DNA of 64,000 nucleotides, taken from the NCBI GenBank assembly GCA_041659325.1, contig JBAZYN010000002.1, positions 206,082-270,081 of the forward strand, written 5' to 3'. This stretch comes from Candidatus Shapirobacteria bacterium. Lineage in GTDB: Bacteria; Patescibacteriota; Microgenomatia; UBA12405. A program made the translations under genes and the position numbers. The notes below the pieces were generated by a model. It was not told the DNA's origin, searched no databases, and saw only the letters and a program-made list of their open reading frames with translations. Positions 19,951 through 30,607 of this stretch are shown here, one piece after another (positions within the stretch are counted from its first letter, which is position 1; each line of letters begins with the position of its first letter).

Positions 19951-20385
19951 ATGATCAGTAAGAGGAGAAATGTTGTTTTGGTAGCGGCAGCGGTTTTTGG
20001 TATCGGTTTTGTATATTTTCTGGCGACTTTTGTAGTACCAAAGATTCTGGTCACTATGACAAAGGCGGCACCGGCAACGAAAATATCAATGTCAAATTCC
20101 TATCTTTTGGGATCAAAGATATTGTGTAAAGCTGACGGGACGGATAAATGTGGAGTGAATGTTTTTTTGGGTGATTCTGAGGGGAGGCCGGTGGCGGGAA
20201 AGATGGTGGCTTTGTCGACGACAGGGGTGGAAGCGGAAGTGTCGCCCGAAGCGCAAAAGTCAGATCAGACGGGCAAGACCGGTTTTACATTGACGTCGAA
20301 TAAAGAGGGTCAGGTAACTGTTGCGGCGAGTGTGGATGGGACACCGATGGAGAAATCGGTGGTGGTGACTTTTAGAGGAAACTAG
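19951..20385 (+). CDS. Membrane-anchored Ig-like (Big_1/invasin-type) domain protein
   Basis: N-terminal TM; ADG..V.L.D..G.PVAG..V and SD..G...FTLTS...GQVTV.A motifs. Confidence 0.8.
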   Translation: MISKRRNVVLVAAAVFGIGFVYFLATFVVPKILVTMTKAAPATKISMSNSYLLGSKILCKADGTDKCGVNVFLGDSEGRPVAGKMVALSTTGVEAEVSPEAQKSDQTGKTGFTLTSNKEGQVTVAASVDGTPMEKSVVVTFRGN

Positions 20386-20805
20386 CTAGGGGGTAAAGGT
20401 AACCTTTACTTTTTGGGAAATTTCTTTTGAGTTTACCTTGGCAACAATTTCATATTTTCCGGGAGTGGAGGAAGTAAGGTCGAAAACGCTTTTTCCCATG
20501 TCGTCGCTGGTGGCCTGGATATCAGTTAAATTTATCGCTGGAGGTTTGGTCAGCTCTACCTCCTGGTTTCCGACGCCCATGCCCCGACCGTCCAGTAAAA
20601 AAACAGTAATGCGGATTTTTTCTTTACCATCGGCCTTGGCCTGGAGGGGGGAGGCAAAAAGATAGGAGTTTTCTAAAGTAATCGGACTAGTGCTGTTGAG
20701 CCCGGTGGCCCGGCCGGAATAGATAGCGGGGCGAACGACCAGATAGGTGACGGCAATGAGAGCGAGAAGGAGGATTGCGATGGTAAGCAGGGACTTGGTT
20801 GACAT
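20386..20805 (-). CDS. Membrane-anchored Ig-like (Big_1-type) domain protein, paralog of the convergent gene
   Basis: NSYLFASPLQAKADGKE..VFLLDG.G, SDDMGKSVFDLTSSTPG. Confidence 0.8.
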   Translation of the reverse strand: MSTKSLLTIAILLLALIAVTYLVVRPAIYSGRATGLNSTSPITLENSYLFASPLQAKADGKEKIRITVFLLDGRGMGVGNQEVELTKPPAINLTDIQATSDDMGKSVFDLTSSTPGKYEIVAKVNSKEISQKVKVTFTP

Positions 20806-20848
20806 CCTGGTTAATTATCGATGATTGCTGATTAATTAGCAACTTCCT

Positions 20849-23800
20849 TCAGTCAGAAAACTTGATGGCGGCGTTGGAATTAAAAATTGTTTTTATCTGA
20901 GTAGGTGTGAGAGGGTAGTTATATATTTGGACATCGTCAATGAGGCCGGAATAGTATGTAGAGCCGACTTTGCCTAGGTTAACCGTATTGGCAGGAAGAG
21001 AAGCAGAGGAAACAACAGTAATGTGGTGCCAGTTAGTATCGGGAATGGTGGAGGATAGACGACCATCAACATAAACAGTTTCGGTACCAAAACCGGTAAC
21101 AGTAATAGTACCGGAGGATATAGCGATACTGTCGGAGGCGGATAATTCAAGAATACTTTGACTTGTAGAAGAAGGTTTAATCCAGAAACTGACAGCAGTA
21201 GCACTGGTACCGATATCACCAACAGAGACATAATCATCAGAACCATCAAGGTTGAGACTGCTGTTTATCTTTCCGGTGGCACCATTGAACCAAACACCGG
21301 AAGTAGTGCAGGTACCGGCAGAGGTTTGGGTGCCGGAGGCACCAACGGAAAGGGTACCATGAAAAGTGTCGGAGGAGGAATTGTGGACAGCGGTGCCCTG
21401 GCATTCGTCCATTTTGTAGTGAGCAATTGGTCTACCGTGGTTGTAGTCAAGGGCGATTTGGGCGGGGGAACGAGCGTAGTTATAAACCAGGATTTGATCA
21501 ATTATTGCGTCGGCAAAATCGTCGTTATCAATATCCGAACCGGAAGGTCTAGTTCTTAATCCGATTCCCATATATGGATTTGAAGCATAGGTTTGGATAT
21601 TGCTGCTGGTCACAGAGGTGTTCTGTCCCCTGAGAATTCCATCGACAAATAACTTTGAAGAAGTACCATCAACGACATAAGTTAAAAAATGCCATTTATT
21701 GTCCCTATACGAAGCCTGGGAATTGGTGTATAAGTGGCTGGAGTTATTACAATAGTTGCTGACCGACAGAACTCCGTTCGCGCTTCTCCAGCCGATAGCT
21801 TCGTCTGCGTTTGCAGAAGTAGCGGGGAGATTGGCATCTCCAAACTGGATGAGCGGTCCGGATGAGGCGGCGGAAGTTTTAAACCACAAGGCGATAGTAT
21901 GAACTTGATTACCGGAAGTCCGTATCGGAATTCGAATGTTTTTGATATAGTTATTTACACCGTTAAAACGCAAACTCTTACCGATTCTTCCTGATAACCA
22001 GCTGGCATTTACTATTTCACCGGTGTTATTGTTTCCGCTAGTGTCATAAGTAGAGTTGCCGACACCCTCATTAAAATCCCACCTACCAACAGGTGGTAAA
22101 CAGGCGGCACTATCGCCGGGGATACAATATTCCTGGCTGGCGGCAGAGGAGGGAGCGGTGTTGCCGGTGCCGGAGGAGAGAGTGCCAAAGACAACAGCCG
22201 AGCCAAGGTTATAGTCCTGTTTTATTTCGTCGCCGGTGAGAGCATGGTTGTAAATCTTGACTTCGTCAAGGAGGCCAGTATAAAAATCATTATTATATTC
22301 AGGATTCCTTCCAAGACTGGGGAGAACTCCACCTATGAGATTGGAATTGTTATAACTTGAGTTAGATCCTGTTGCATCCAACTTACCGTCAATATATAAA
22401 CTTAAAGTTGTATCGCTTGTTTTGACTAAGGCGACATAGTGCCAATTATCATCGTTAACAATTTTTGTCCCGCCGACAGAGAGTATGAAAGTTCCACCAT
22501 CTCTAAAACTGCCTGATGCTTTTCCGCCGGAGATTGTAAGGAAACCATTGAGTGTATTATTTGCAGCATAATCCCCGTAGAGTGTTCCGCTGCTTGCGGT
22601 TGTTTTAAACCAAAGAGAAATGGAAGGGTTTACACTGGTGAGATCAAATTCCGCACCTGTAGAGAGGGTGACATAATCATTGCCATCAAAACTTAACGCC
22701 TTGCCGAATTTTCCATCGTTGGACCAATTGGGGGCGGAGGAGCCGGTGCCGAATGTGCCATTGTTAGTCCCGACAGAATCATGAGCGATGGTGTTATAGC
22801 CTTCATCAAATTTCCAATGAGCGACGAGTTTTTTGGAAATGGGAGTGACTACCGGTTGGCCGGGTTCTTCACCAATGACGACAGCTTTACCAAGATTAGT
22901 TTCTTTTTTGATTTCAGAAGAGGACAGAACATAGGGAAAAACTTTGATTTCATCCAGGAAGCCGGAAAAGAAGTCGGCGCCTGATTGGCCAATTTTGAGA
23001 GAGGAGAGACCAAAAGAAGTCGAAGAAGTGATAAGAACCTGGGACCAGATATCAGAAGGGACGGCAGAGGTAGCGGCGCCATTGACATAGATAGAGGGAG
23101 AGGTAAGGCCATTGGCTTGAAGAATGTTGTTTGTTAGAGTAACCGTTTGGATGCCATTTAAATCAAAAATCGGGGTAGAAGAGGCAGACGGCTTGATCCA
23201 AAAGGAAAGACTTTTTAAACCGGTCAGACTGCCGTTGACGATGGCATAGTCATCGGAACCATCAAAACTAAGGCAGGAGTTGACGGCACAGGAGGTGCCA
23301 ATAGCCCAGGTAGGTGAGGAGCTACCGGAGCCCAGAGCCCCGTGGTTGATGTTGATAGAATCATTGAGAATAGTACCGGTATTTTCGTCAAGTTTCCAAT
23401 AAGAGGTTGACGGTTCGCCGTCGGTAAAGCGCTCGGTATAGCCTGATTGTTGTTGATGAGAGCCGAGGCCGGAATAGTAAAGGTCGGCGACTTCGGCGGC
23501 GGTAAGAGGATCGTCATAGAATTTAGCGTTAGAAATGGTGGTGCTATGTGGTGAGCCGTAACTGGTAGGAATGAAATCCACTCGGCCATCATCGGTGTGG
23601 GTATTAAAGGTAATGGCTGAACTGGCGACGTTATTGACGAACAGTTGGGCGGTTGTTTCGTTCCAGGTATAAACAAGGTGATACCATTTATCTTTGGTGA
23701 TAGTGGTTGAAACAGTAGCGGTGCCACTGCCTGTGCCATAATGACCGACTCTGAAACTACTTATTGTGTCGCCGGGATTGTTAGAGTAATTTCCTATAAA

Positions 23801-26800
23801 AAACCCATTTCCCCAGCCGTAACCTCCCGAACCTATTTTTAGATAAGTTAAAGTGTCCCATTGTTCAGCGGGGCCGTCGGATCCGTTCCAATTAGGTTTA
23901 ACCCAGAGGCTGACGGTTCCGGTAGTATCGTTTGTAGGGATGGCGGTATTGTAAATTGTTTGAGCGATAGCTCTGGTGCTGGTTGATTCGTTGGCAGTTC
24001 CTGTCCAAGAATAACCTATTCCCATATTACCGTCGGTATAAGTGGTTAGGGTTTGGTTTTGTTCCAACTGAAAACCATCGACATAAATAGTTTTTCCGGA
24101 TTTAACCTGAAGGCCGTAGTTTTGAGAATCGGAACCGGCTGTACCCCGATACCAGAGTCGCCACCAACCACCACCAGCATCGACATAGGTAGTGCCAACA
24201 GCAACACCATTGAAAATTAGTTGGGCGACGGTCGAGGAAACAGCCCCACCCATGTTGCCGGTAGTACCATCGTAGACGTAGGCGGAGAGAGTGTGAGTGG
24301 CGGTGGAGCCGGTGTTGATGGGTATTACAAAACCTCTGGGATCAGATGCAAGTGAGTTATTGATGGTGGTTGATTTTGCCCCAAATTTGAAATAGGGAGA
24401 GATGGTGTTTTGAATAAAGCTGGCGGGCTGAGGTAAAAAGGTGGCATCAGCTTGATTTAGTCCAGTTTGGTTGGTGCCCCAAAAGGCAGTAGAAGGGGCG
24501 GTGCCAAAATTAGCCGGGATGGAGGATAAAGAGATTCGGGAGGTGCCGTCAAGGATAAAGGACATAGTACCGCCACCGGTATAACCAATGGACATTTGAT
24601 AGGTGGTACCGGCGGTGACAGCACTGGCGTCCCAGGTGGCACTGGCGGTGGAGCCAACCATAGAATAATCAAGTTTGATGGTGTTGGCAGCTGACCAATA
24701 TAGCCTGATATAGTCATCGGAATCGCCGTAAAATTCGGCTATATATGGCATGGTAGATCCGAATTTATTAATGATTGAGGCGGAATGTCGGGGAGTGTAA
24801 TCAAAGACGACTGAACCAATCGTTGTGCCCGTTCCCAGGAGGGTATGGGTGTAAGTATCGGTACCGTCGATTCGGATTCGGTTGGATTCGAGAGAATTGG
24901 TAGAAGTTGCCGGGGTAACCGTAAGAGAAACGTCGGAGAGCCGAAAAGCATATAGATCGTCAACGATGCCTACAGTCCAAGAGTAAAAAGAAAGATAAGA
25001 TCCTTCCCCGCATAAGGTTGGCATTCTGACAGCATTAAAGAAATTTTTCCATGTACTGCCTCCGGTACTGGTGGCGACCATATTTCTATAGGGGTCTGGG
25101 CATTCATGAAATCCAAAGTTGGCATCCGATGCTCCTTTTGCAGCAAAACCAACATTTATAAACGATCCCGTAGAGAACGTTGTATCTAGGTCGTAAGTAC
25201 CGTTTTTCCCGTATGTGCTCATCCCGTTGATTTGCCAGGCTGATAAACCAGAATTAACATCAGATAATTCTTGTTCGGCTTCGCCTTCGGTTCCACTTGT
25301 AATTGTAAAACCCGTTGGTAACCACGGAGTTCCGGAGCCTGTTTCCATTGAGGGTCCGTTGACCTGATTTGGCAGTAATTCTACTTGATGCCAATGAACA
25401 GTGCCCGAGTTAGCAGCATTAACGAGCTTGACTGTTATGGAGGTACAATCTGCAGATACTCCATGTTTTGCAATTGTCGGTAGTTCAAAGGTAAATAACA
25501 TTACGTCGGGTGCGGTTCTGCCGGAGCCTACAGTGCCGGTGTAACTAGTAATATCTGCCCCGTTTGTTTCATCATAAATAAAGATTTTGGGTTGACCAGT
25601 GCCATCGCCACTGTTGGCGATAGCTCTGACAACATAATTTTGGCCGGCGGTAAGACCTGTTTTCGTTGTACTAATACCTTGGTTAGCACCGGTAGTGGTA
25701 AATTTATAGCCGCCTGCATATATTTTTTCGCTGGCTGCCAGAGGGGCTACCGAAAGGTAGGTGCCACCCGCATCAAGTGTCTCCATAGCATCCGTAACAT
25801 TTGCTACCTGGTCGGCGGTGAGGGTGGTGTTGTAGATGGCGGCGGCCTGGATTTTTCCGGGTAGGAAAGAATCGGCTCCGGAATTAGTATTTTTTGCCCC
25901 GATATATAGGTTTTTATTTGGCGGATTTATTATTGGTATAGTACCTGGTTCTGAGGTTCCGTTAAGGTAACCTTTGTTATAGGACATGCCCATCACGCCG
26001 GAAGCTACCGCACCGGAGAGATATAAGCTATCATAATGTCCGTTGTAATATGCTTTATAGCCGCCACCCCCAGCTATAGGGTATACTGCAACGGACCAGT
26101 TATTGTTATCGGTTGTACCGATAATAGCTCTCCAGTAATCAGAGGTATTCGCATCAGAGAATCTTACTAGATAGCTCCAGGTATTTGCAGAAGGTGTTAA
26201 ACCTGTTGTTAAGAATTGGTTGGTTCCGTTAAATGTCCAGCCTGTTGAAGCTGACCATGTGGGTGCGGTGCCGGAGGTTAGATTGTATGTTCCCGGATTA
26301 GCCAGATTGACATAACTTGCCGCTGAACTTCCAGCTCCAATTGCCTGATAAGCTGCCACTTGCCCGGTTGTGCCACCCACTTTATACCAAGGGATTACGT
26401 TCCAGCCATCATTGGGGGCAGTACCGCTCATCATAAATCCACCTGTATTGGTAGTCGATGTATATAGCACATTGGAAGCATGGGGGTGGGACCAGGCCTC
26501 TCCGGTTGCTGTTGTGCCTAAACCCAATGTCCCTGTCGAAGAGTTGGTAGGCAGGGCAAAGACGACGTCCCAAGAACCGGTTATTGTAGCGGGATCTTTG
26601 CCGATTCCGCTACCGTGGATTAAGGCTATCTCATCTCCGTTGCCGGCGTTTATGCCATAGGCGCCATCCCAAAGGGGACGACGATAGATAGTTAAACCTT
26701 CGATAATTCCATCTGCTACCCCGATACCGCCGCTAATTCCTTTCCCGATATAGATATTTGAATTCGTAGCATCAATAGTTGGGGCAGAGGTTCCCCCATA

Positions 26801-28648
26801 AGAATGAGAGTCACCCACAGAGATGCTTAAGTAATTTGTTCCATCAAGATTATAATCAGACGACCATCTTGCTGTGATTAAATAGGTGGCTCCGGCAACT
26901 AAGGTTTGGCTTTTAGTTGCATATTTTTCGTCTACTCCCAAGGAAAAATATTTATAACCCACCCTACTGTCATACACTAGTTCTATGCCGTTCCAATCGC
27001 TACTAAAAGCAAATAATCCATGTACTGAGGTGTCGTCATCAGAATTAAACTCCGGGGTGTACCAAAAGGTAATACTTCCTTGTTTTCTATCGAATTGGTT
27101 ATAAAGATTGCCAGCAATTTGAGAACCAAGGGGGAAAGCGAGCGAGTCTCCGTTAGCATCTCCCCAGCGATCTCCCTGGATAAGAACGCCTGCAGCAAAA
27201 GGGGCGGTGGCGCCGGTGCCGGCATTTCTTTTGGCGATATTTGGGGTAAAGGTGGAAAAATCATTTCCACCATCGGTCCAGCCAATACTATATGTGCCGT
27301 GTTCGAAACTGGGATTAGTAATTTTGTTGGTAGTGGCCTCTTCCAGAAAAATTCCCGGGTGTGCGGCATAAGATTGGGTGGGGAGAGTGCCGGTGTCGAG
27401 AGTTGAGGAGTCGATGCCAACAAGCCCACCGACATATTTGGCACCGGTGATAGTGCCGTGGTTGGCGTTGCCCGAATCGTCGATGGCCTTGCCGGAGTTT
27501 CTGGGGTCATCCCCGTTTTCGTCAAAATGAAGAAGAAGTTTGGTGAATTCATCGCGGACAAAGGGGGTGGTTTGGGGGGTAAAGTCGGTGGTGTAACGAG
27601 CGACACTGGAAACTCTTACTTCGTCAACAATCCCGTTGTAGTTATTGGAGCCAATATTAAATCCTGACCATATGGTTGGTGTTGTGCAAAGCCCGGTTCC
27701 GGTAGCATAATTGTTGCCGTTTAAATAATATTTTATATCGGCACCGTTTCGGACAATGGCGATGTGATACCAGAGATTATGAGTTATGTTTGCGCTTGAA
27801 GCGCTATAATCTTTACAACCGTTAAAAGTATATGCTTGAATGTCATGTCTTCCGTCTCCCCAGTAATGAAAAACGCCTGACCCTCCGTCTCCTCCTCCGT
27901 TTGTTAGCGACATAATTTGCGAGCTTATCGGGTTGTCGGCAGCTTTAAACCAAAATTCTACAGTAAAAAAATTTGAGCCGGACAATAGGGTGCCTGTTTT
28001 GCTTACATTGTCTCCACTTCCAAAACTTAAAGCACTATTGGCTCCGGAATAGCGAATGGCACCGGAGGAAGTGGTGGGGGTGGTGGTACCGGAGGCGGTA
28101 GCGCAGGTGGTGTTGCCGTTGAAACCACAATAAAAGGTAGCCTGTTTGGAGCCAATATTAAAAGCGGAAATGGACGAGGCGTCAACAGCATTTGGGTTGG
28201 AATAGTAAAGAAAGTAATTGGGATCGACGGCAGAGTTGGCCATATCCGCCTGGAGGGGGAAATGAATAATGGTACTGGCAGAGGTGGCACATGTGGCGGA
28301 GGAGGGGAGATCAACATAGTAGTTTAACTGAGCGTTGGTGGTGAGAGATTGATAATAAACTCTAAGATCAGCGCAGTCTGATTGAAGGTCACCGGAATCA
28401 ACTAGAGCTTTGGTATTGAGGGTAAGGGAATAGGTGGTATTGGCGTCGAGAGTTTGGCCGGAGTTGTTGGCCAGGGTAAGCTGTTTGCGTTTTAACCACT
28501 CACCGGCGGTGACAGGCCAAGAAGCGGCTTTAATAGAGGCTCTTTTTTGATTGATACGAATGAGAAGAACAATAGGGATGAGAAGAAAGACAAGGATAAT
28601 AAGAAGGGTTTTGTAAGAAAAAGAGCTGGCCCTTTTGTGAAATGACAT
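20849..28648 (-). CDS. About 2600-aa surface protein with DUF2341-like N-terminal domain and multiple LamG/ConA-like domains
   Basis: N-terminal TM, LQSDCADLRVYY, repeated (H/Y)WK(F/L)DE, L.FDG.DDY, W(H/Y)H..V and G.(L/I)DEV.IY motifs. Confidence 0.88.
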   Translation of the reverse strand: MSFHKRASSFSYKTLLIILVFLLIPIVLLIRINQKRASIKAASWPVTAGEWLKRKQLTLANNSGQTLDANTTYSLTLNTKALVDSGDLQSDCADLRVYYQSLTTNAQLNYYVDLPSSATCATSASTIIHFPLQADMANSAVDPNYFLYYSNPNAVDASSISAFNIGSKQATFYCGFNGNTTCATASGTTTPTTSSGAIRYSGANSALSFGSGDNVSKTGTLLSGSNFFTVEFWFKAADNPISSQIMSLTNGGGDGGSGVFHYWGDGRHDIQAYTFNGCKDYSASSANITHNLWYHIAIVRNGADIKYYLNGNNYATGTGLCTTPTIWSGFNIGSNNYNGIVDEVRVSSVARYTTDFTPQTTPFVRDEFTKLLLHFDENGDDPRNSGKAIDDSGNANHGTITGAKYVGGLVGIDSSTLDTGTLPTQSYAAHPGIFLEEATTNKITNPSFEHGTYSIGWTDGGNDFSTFTPNIAKRNAGTGATAPFAAGVLIQGDRWGDANGDSLAFPLGSQIAGNLYNQFDRKQGSITFWYTPEFNSDDDTSVHGLFAFSSDWNGIELVYDSRVGYKYFSLGVDEKYATKSQTLVAGATYLITARWSSDYNLDGTNYLSISVGDSHSYGGTSAPTIDATNSNIYIGKGISGGIGVADGIIEGLTIYRRPLWDGAYGINAGNGDEIALIHGSGIGKDPATITGSWDVVFALPTNSSTGTLGLGTTATGEAWSHPHASNVLYTSTTNTGGFMMSGTAPNDGWNVIPWYKVGGTTGQVAAYQAIGAGSSAASYVNLANPGTYNLTSGTAPTWSASTGWTFNGTNQFLTTGLTPSANTWSYLVRFSDANTSDYWRAIIGTTDNNNWSVAVYPIAGGGGYKAYYNGHYDSLYLSGAVASGVMGMSYNKGYLNGTSEPGTIPIINPPNKNLYIGAKNTNSGADSFLPGKIQAAAIYNTTLTADQVANVTDAMETLDAGGTYLSVAPLAASEKIYAGGYKFTTTGANQGISTTKTGLTAGQNYVVRAIANSGDGTGQPKIFIYDETNGADITSYTGTVGSGRTAPDVMLFTFELPTIAKHGVSADCTSITVKLVNAANSGTVHWHQVELLPNQVNGPSMETGSGTPWLPTGFTITSGTEGEAEQELSDVNSGLSAWQINGMSTYGKNGTYDLDTTFSTGSFINVGFAAKGASDANFGFHECPDPYRNMVATSTGGSTWKNFFNAVRMPTLCGEGSYLSFYSWTVGIVDDLYAFRLSDVSLTVTPATSTNSLESNRIRIDGTDTYTHTLLGTGTTIGSVVFDYTPRHSASIINKFGSTMPYIAEFYGDSDDYIRLYWSAANTIKLDYSMVGSTASATWDASAVTAGTTYQMSIGYTGGGTMSFILDGTSRISLSSIPANFGTAPSTAFWGTNQTGLNQADATFLPQPASFIQNTISPYFKFGAKSTTINNSLASDPRGFVIPINTGSTATHTLSAYVYDGTTGNMGGAVSSTVAQLIFNGVAVGTTYVDAGGGWWRLWYRGTAGSDSQNYGLQVKSGKTIYVDGFQLEQNQTLTTYTDGNMGIGYSWTGTANESTSTRAIAQTIYNTAIPTNDTTGTVSLWVKPNWNGSDGPAEQWDTLTYLKIGSGGYGWGNGFFIGNYSNNPGDTISSFRVGHYGTGSGTATVSTTITKDKWYHLVYTWNETTAQLFVNNVASSAITFNTHTDDGRVDFIPTSYGSPHSTTISNAKFYDDPLTAAEVADLYYSGLGSHQQQSGYTERFTDGEPSTSYWKLDENTGTILNDSININHGALGSGSSSPTWAIGTSCAVNSCLSFDGSDDYAIVNGSLTGLKSLSFWIKPSASSTPIFDLNGIQTVTLTNNILQANGLTSPSIYVNGAATSAVPSDIWSQVLITSSTSFGLSSLKIGQSGADFFSGFLDEIKVFPYVLSSSEIKKETNLGKAVVIGEEPGQPVVTPISKKLVAHWKFDEGYNTIAHDSVGTNNGTFGTGSSAPNWSNDGKFGKALSFDGNDYVTLSTGAEFDLTSVNPSISLWFKTTASSGTLYGDYAANNTLNGFLTISGGKASGSFRDGGTFILSVGGTKIVNDDNWHYVALVKTSDTTLSLYIDGKLDATGSNSSYNNSNLIGGVLPSLGRNPEYNNDFYTGLLDEVKIYNHALTGDEIKQDYNLGSAVVFGTLSSGTGNTAPSSAASQEYCIPGDSAACLPPVGRWDFNEGVGNSTYDTSGNNNTGEIVNASWLSGRIGKSLRFNGVNNYIKNIRIPIRTSGNQVHTIALWFKTSAASSGPLIQFGDANLPATSANADEAIGWRSANGVLSVSNYCNNSSHLYTNSQASYRDNKWHFLTYVVDGTSSKLFVDGILRGQNTSVTSSNIQTYASNPYMGIGLRTRPSGSDIDNDDFADAIIDQILVYNYARSPAQIALDYNHGRPIAHYKMDECQGTAVHNSSSDTFHGTLSVGASGTQTSAGTCTTSGVWFNGATGKINSSLNLDGSDDYVSVGDIGTSATAVSFWIKPSSTSQSILELSASDSIAISSGTITVTGFGTETVYVDGRLSSTIPDTNWHHITVVSSASLPANTVNLGKVGSTYYSGLIDDVQIYNYPLTPTQIKTIFNSNAAIKFSD

Positions 28649-28661
28649 CAATTAAGTATAG

Positions 28662-28724
28662 AGTCTGAAAGTCGGAAAGTCGAAAGTCTAAAAGCCATGC
28701 CTGCCGGCAGGCAGGTCTAAAAGT
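28662..28724 (+). repeat. Family A array with a nested family P hairpin (28695-28715)
   Basis: agtctgaaagtcggaaagtcgaaagtctaaaag[ccatgcctgccggcaggcagg]tctaaaagt. Confidence 0.88.
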
Positions 28725-28738
28725 AATAAAGTAGAAAA

Positions 28739-29566
28739 TTAGTAAGGTAGGCGGGGGACGAAGCGGGGGTAGATTTGGAGAGTGGATTCAATTTTGTGAG
28801 ATTTGAATAAAAGAATGAAAAAGATAAAGAGGGTTAAAAGGAAGACGGGGATGAGGACGATAAAGAAGTAGTATTGCTGCCAATAGAACCACCAAAGGGA
28901 GGGAAGAGTATAAAGAAGAGTATTCGATTTCGGTGAATTGCTGTCAAGATATTTTACAGAGGTGTACAGGCGGTAATTGCTGGAGTAGGCGGTGGGGAGG
29001 TTAAATTCATAATTTCCGGCGGTATTGGTTTTGGTGGTGAGGGATGGGAGAGAATAGGCTTGAACTTCTTTTGGAAAAGAAAGGGCGGAGTTGGTCACCT
29101 TGAAAAATTCAATTTTTATCTCTGAGTCGGGGATGGCTTGGCCGGAGGCAAGAGCGGTAGAATTTGGTTTTATTTTGGCAGTGTCAATTGTCAGGGTGGG
29201 AGAGAGGAGGATGGGGCCGGTTTCGGTGTGATAGTTAGTTTCCGGTGGAGGGGGGATACAGACGGGAACGGATTGACGAAAACTATCGTCGGTGGAGCGG
29301 AAACAGAGTTCTGAGGGTAGTTTTGGTAAGAGGGTTTTGAGAAATATAAAATAACCGGTGGTATCGCTGTATGTCTGGGAGTAAACATTGGTGCTTTCCA
29401 TCTCTACTTTTGAGAGAGGAGAGGTATAGCCGTAGACGGTGATTTCGTTTTCGCCGATTGAAGCGGAAACCAAAACTGCTGACGGTTGGACGGTATACAG
29501 AGAAGCAAGAGAGTCTTTCGGAGTAAATGCCTGTGCCAGAAAAAAAAGGAACAGGATGAAGCTCAT
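28739..29566 (-). CDS. Secreted protein with two Ig-like repeats and a C-terminal TM
   Basis: Signal peptide; GYTSP.S.V and GQAIPDSEI motifs; C-terminal hydrophobic helix. Confidence 0.72.
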   Translation of the reverse strand: MSFILFLFFLAQAFTPKDSLASLYTVQPSAVLVSASIGENEITVYGYTSPLSKVEMESTNVYSQTYSDTTGYFIFLKTLLPKLPSELCFRSTDDSFRQSVPVCIPPPPETNYHTETGPILLSPTLTIDTAKIKPNSTALASGQAIPDSEIKIEFFKVTNSALSFPKEVQAYSLPSLTTKTNTAGNYEFNLPTAYSSNYRLYTSVKYLDSNSPKSNTLLYTLPSLWWFYWQQYYFFIVLIPVFLLTLFIFFILLFKSHKIESTLQIYPRFVPRLPY

Positions 29567-29570
29567 GGGA

Positions 29571-30566
29571 TTATTTGCTGTCTTTGTATTTTTTCTTGAG
29601 CTCTGAGAGTTCTTCTTCGAGTTTTTCGACTTTTTGGGCGTCCTTTTTGGGCGGATTGGTTTGGCCGATCAGTTTTATCAAGATGAGCAAAAGGGCGAGG
29701 GTGGCGACAACCAGGACAATAATCTTCCATGGGATTACCCAGAAGAAAATGGTGGCGGCCAATAGGCCTCCGGCAGTACCATAGCCGGCCTGAAGGTTGG
29801 CTTTGTAGCGACCAAATAACCATTTTTTGCTAAAGGTATTTTCGAAAGTTCGGCTAGTATAGGGGAAAATGTTGGTGTTGTTGAGAGGGAGATTAATGAC
29901 GTTTTTGCCGAAGATATTTGAAATAGCGATGTGGCCAATCGGGTTGATATGGATATCGGAGAGGTTTTTTATGGTGGTAGTGAAATCGACGGGGCCATAT
30001 TCAAGAAAGATGGGGGCGGAAAAATCGGTGATTTGAGCGTCCTGCTTTATGTCTCCGGCGATGGTGATGTAAACAAGAGTACCGACATTGGTCTCGATGG
30101 AAGAGCCGGTGGCATCCAGGACAGCTTCGTTTTGGGGACTGTGAAGAACCATGGCATAGTGACCGCCGGGGATGGCATCGTCGGGAGCCAGGACTGACAA
30201 CATTAATGATTTTGTTTCTCCGGGTTTAAGCTTTATCTGAGAGGGGGAGACCTGAACCCAATTGCTAGCGGCCCAGCGATTTTGGGTTTCATCAGTGGCG
30301 ACCCTTACCGGGGTGCCATCGTCGGTGTTGACAATGAAGTCTGAGGTGATGGTGGTAATAACTCTTTCGGTGGAGGATTCGTTTCGGACTTTGATTTCTC
30401 TGGTGACGACTTCACCCGGATTGAGGGAGATTTCAAGTCGGGGGGGAATAGCGGAAAGGCCAAGGGCGGATTGGGCATTTGCCTGGGTAACCTGTAATTT
30501 GTAACCGGTAATCAGTAACAAAAATAGGGCCAGAATTTGTGATAATTTCTTTTGATTTGTTTTCAT
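29571..30566 (-). CDS. DUF916/WxL-interacting-like protein (signal, two beta-sandwiches, C-terminal TM)
   Basis: PPRLEISLNPGE..IKVRN, W..VSP....LKPGE, APDDAIPGGHYA, F.TTIKN..DIH..P.G, GRYKA.L. Confidence 0.65.
   Translation of the reverse strand: MKTNQKKLSQILALFLLLITGYKLQVTQANAQSALGLSAIPPRLEISLNPGEVVTREIKVRNESSTERVITTITSDFIVNTDDGTPVRVATDETQNRWAASNWVQVSPSQIKLKPGETKSLMLSVLAPDDAIPGGHYAMVLHSPQNEAVLDATGSSIETNVGTLVYITIAGDIKQDAQITDFSAPIFLEYGPVDFTTTIKNLSDIHINPIGHIAISNIFGKNVINLPLNNTNIFPYTSRTFENTFSKKWLFGRYKANLQAGYGTAGGLLAATIFFWVIPWKIIVLVVATLALLLILIKLIGQTNPPKKDAQKVEKLEEELSELKKKYKDSK
30487..30519 (-). repeat. Degenerate heptamer array within a signal peptide (LITGYKLQVT)
   Basis: gtaacct gtaattt gtaaccg gtaatca gtaac. 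Confidence 0.7.
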
Positions 30567-30569
30567 TTT

Positions 30570-30597
30570 AATTACAGATTACTAATTACAGATTACC
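30570..30597. repeat. Intergenic ATTAC heptamer array
   Basis: aattaca gattact aattaca gattacc. Confidence 0.75.
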
Positions 30598-30607
30598 GTT
30601 TACAAAT

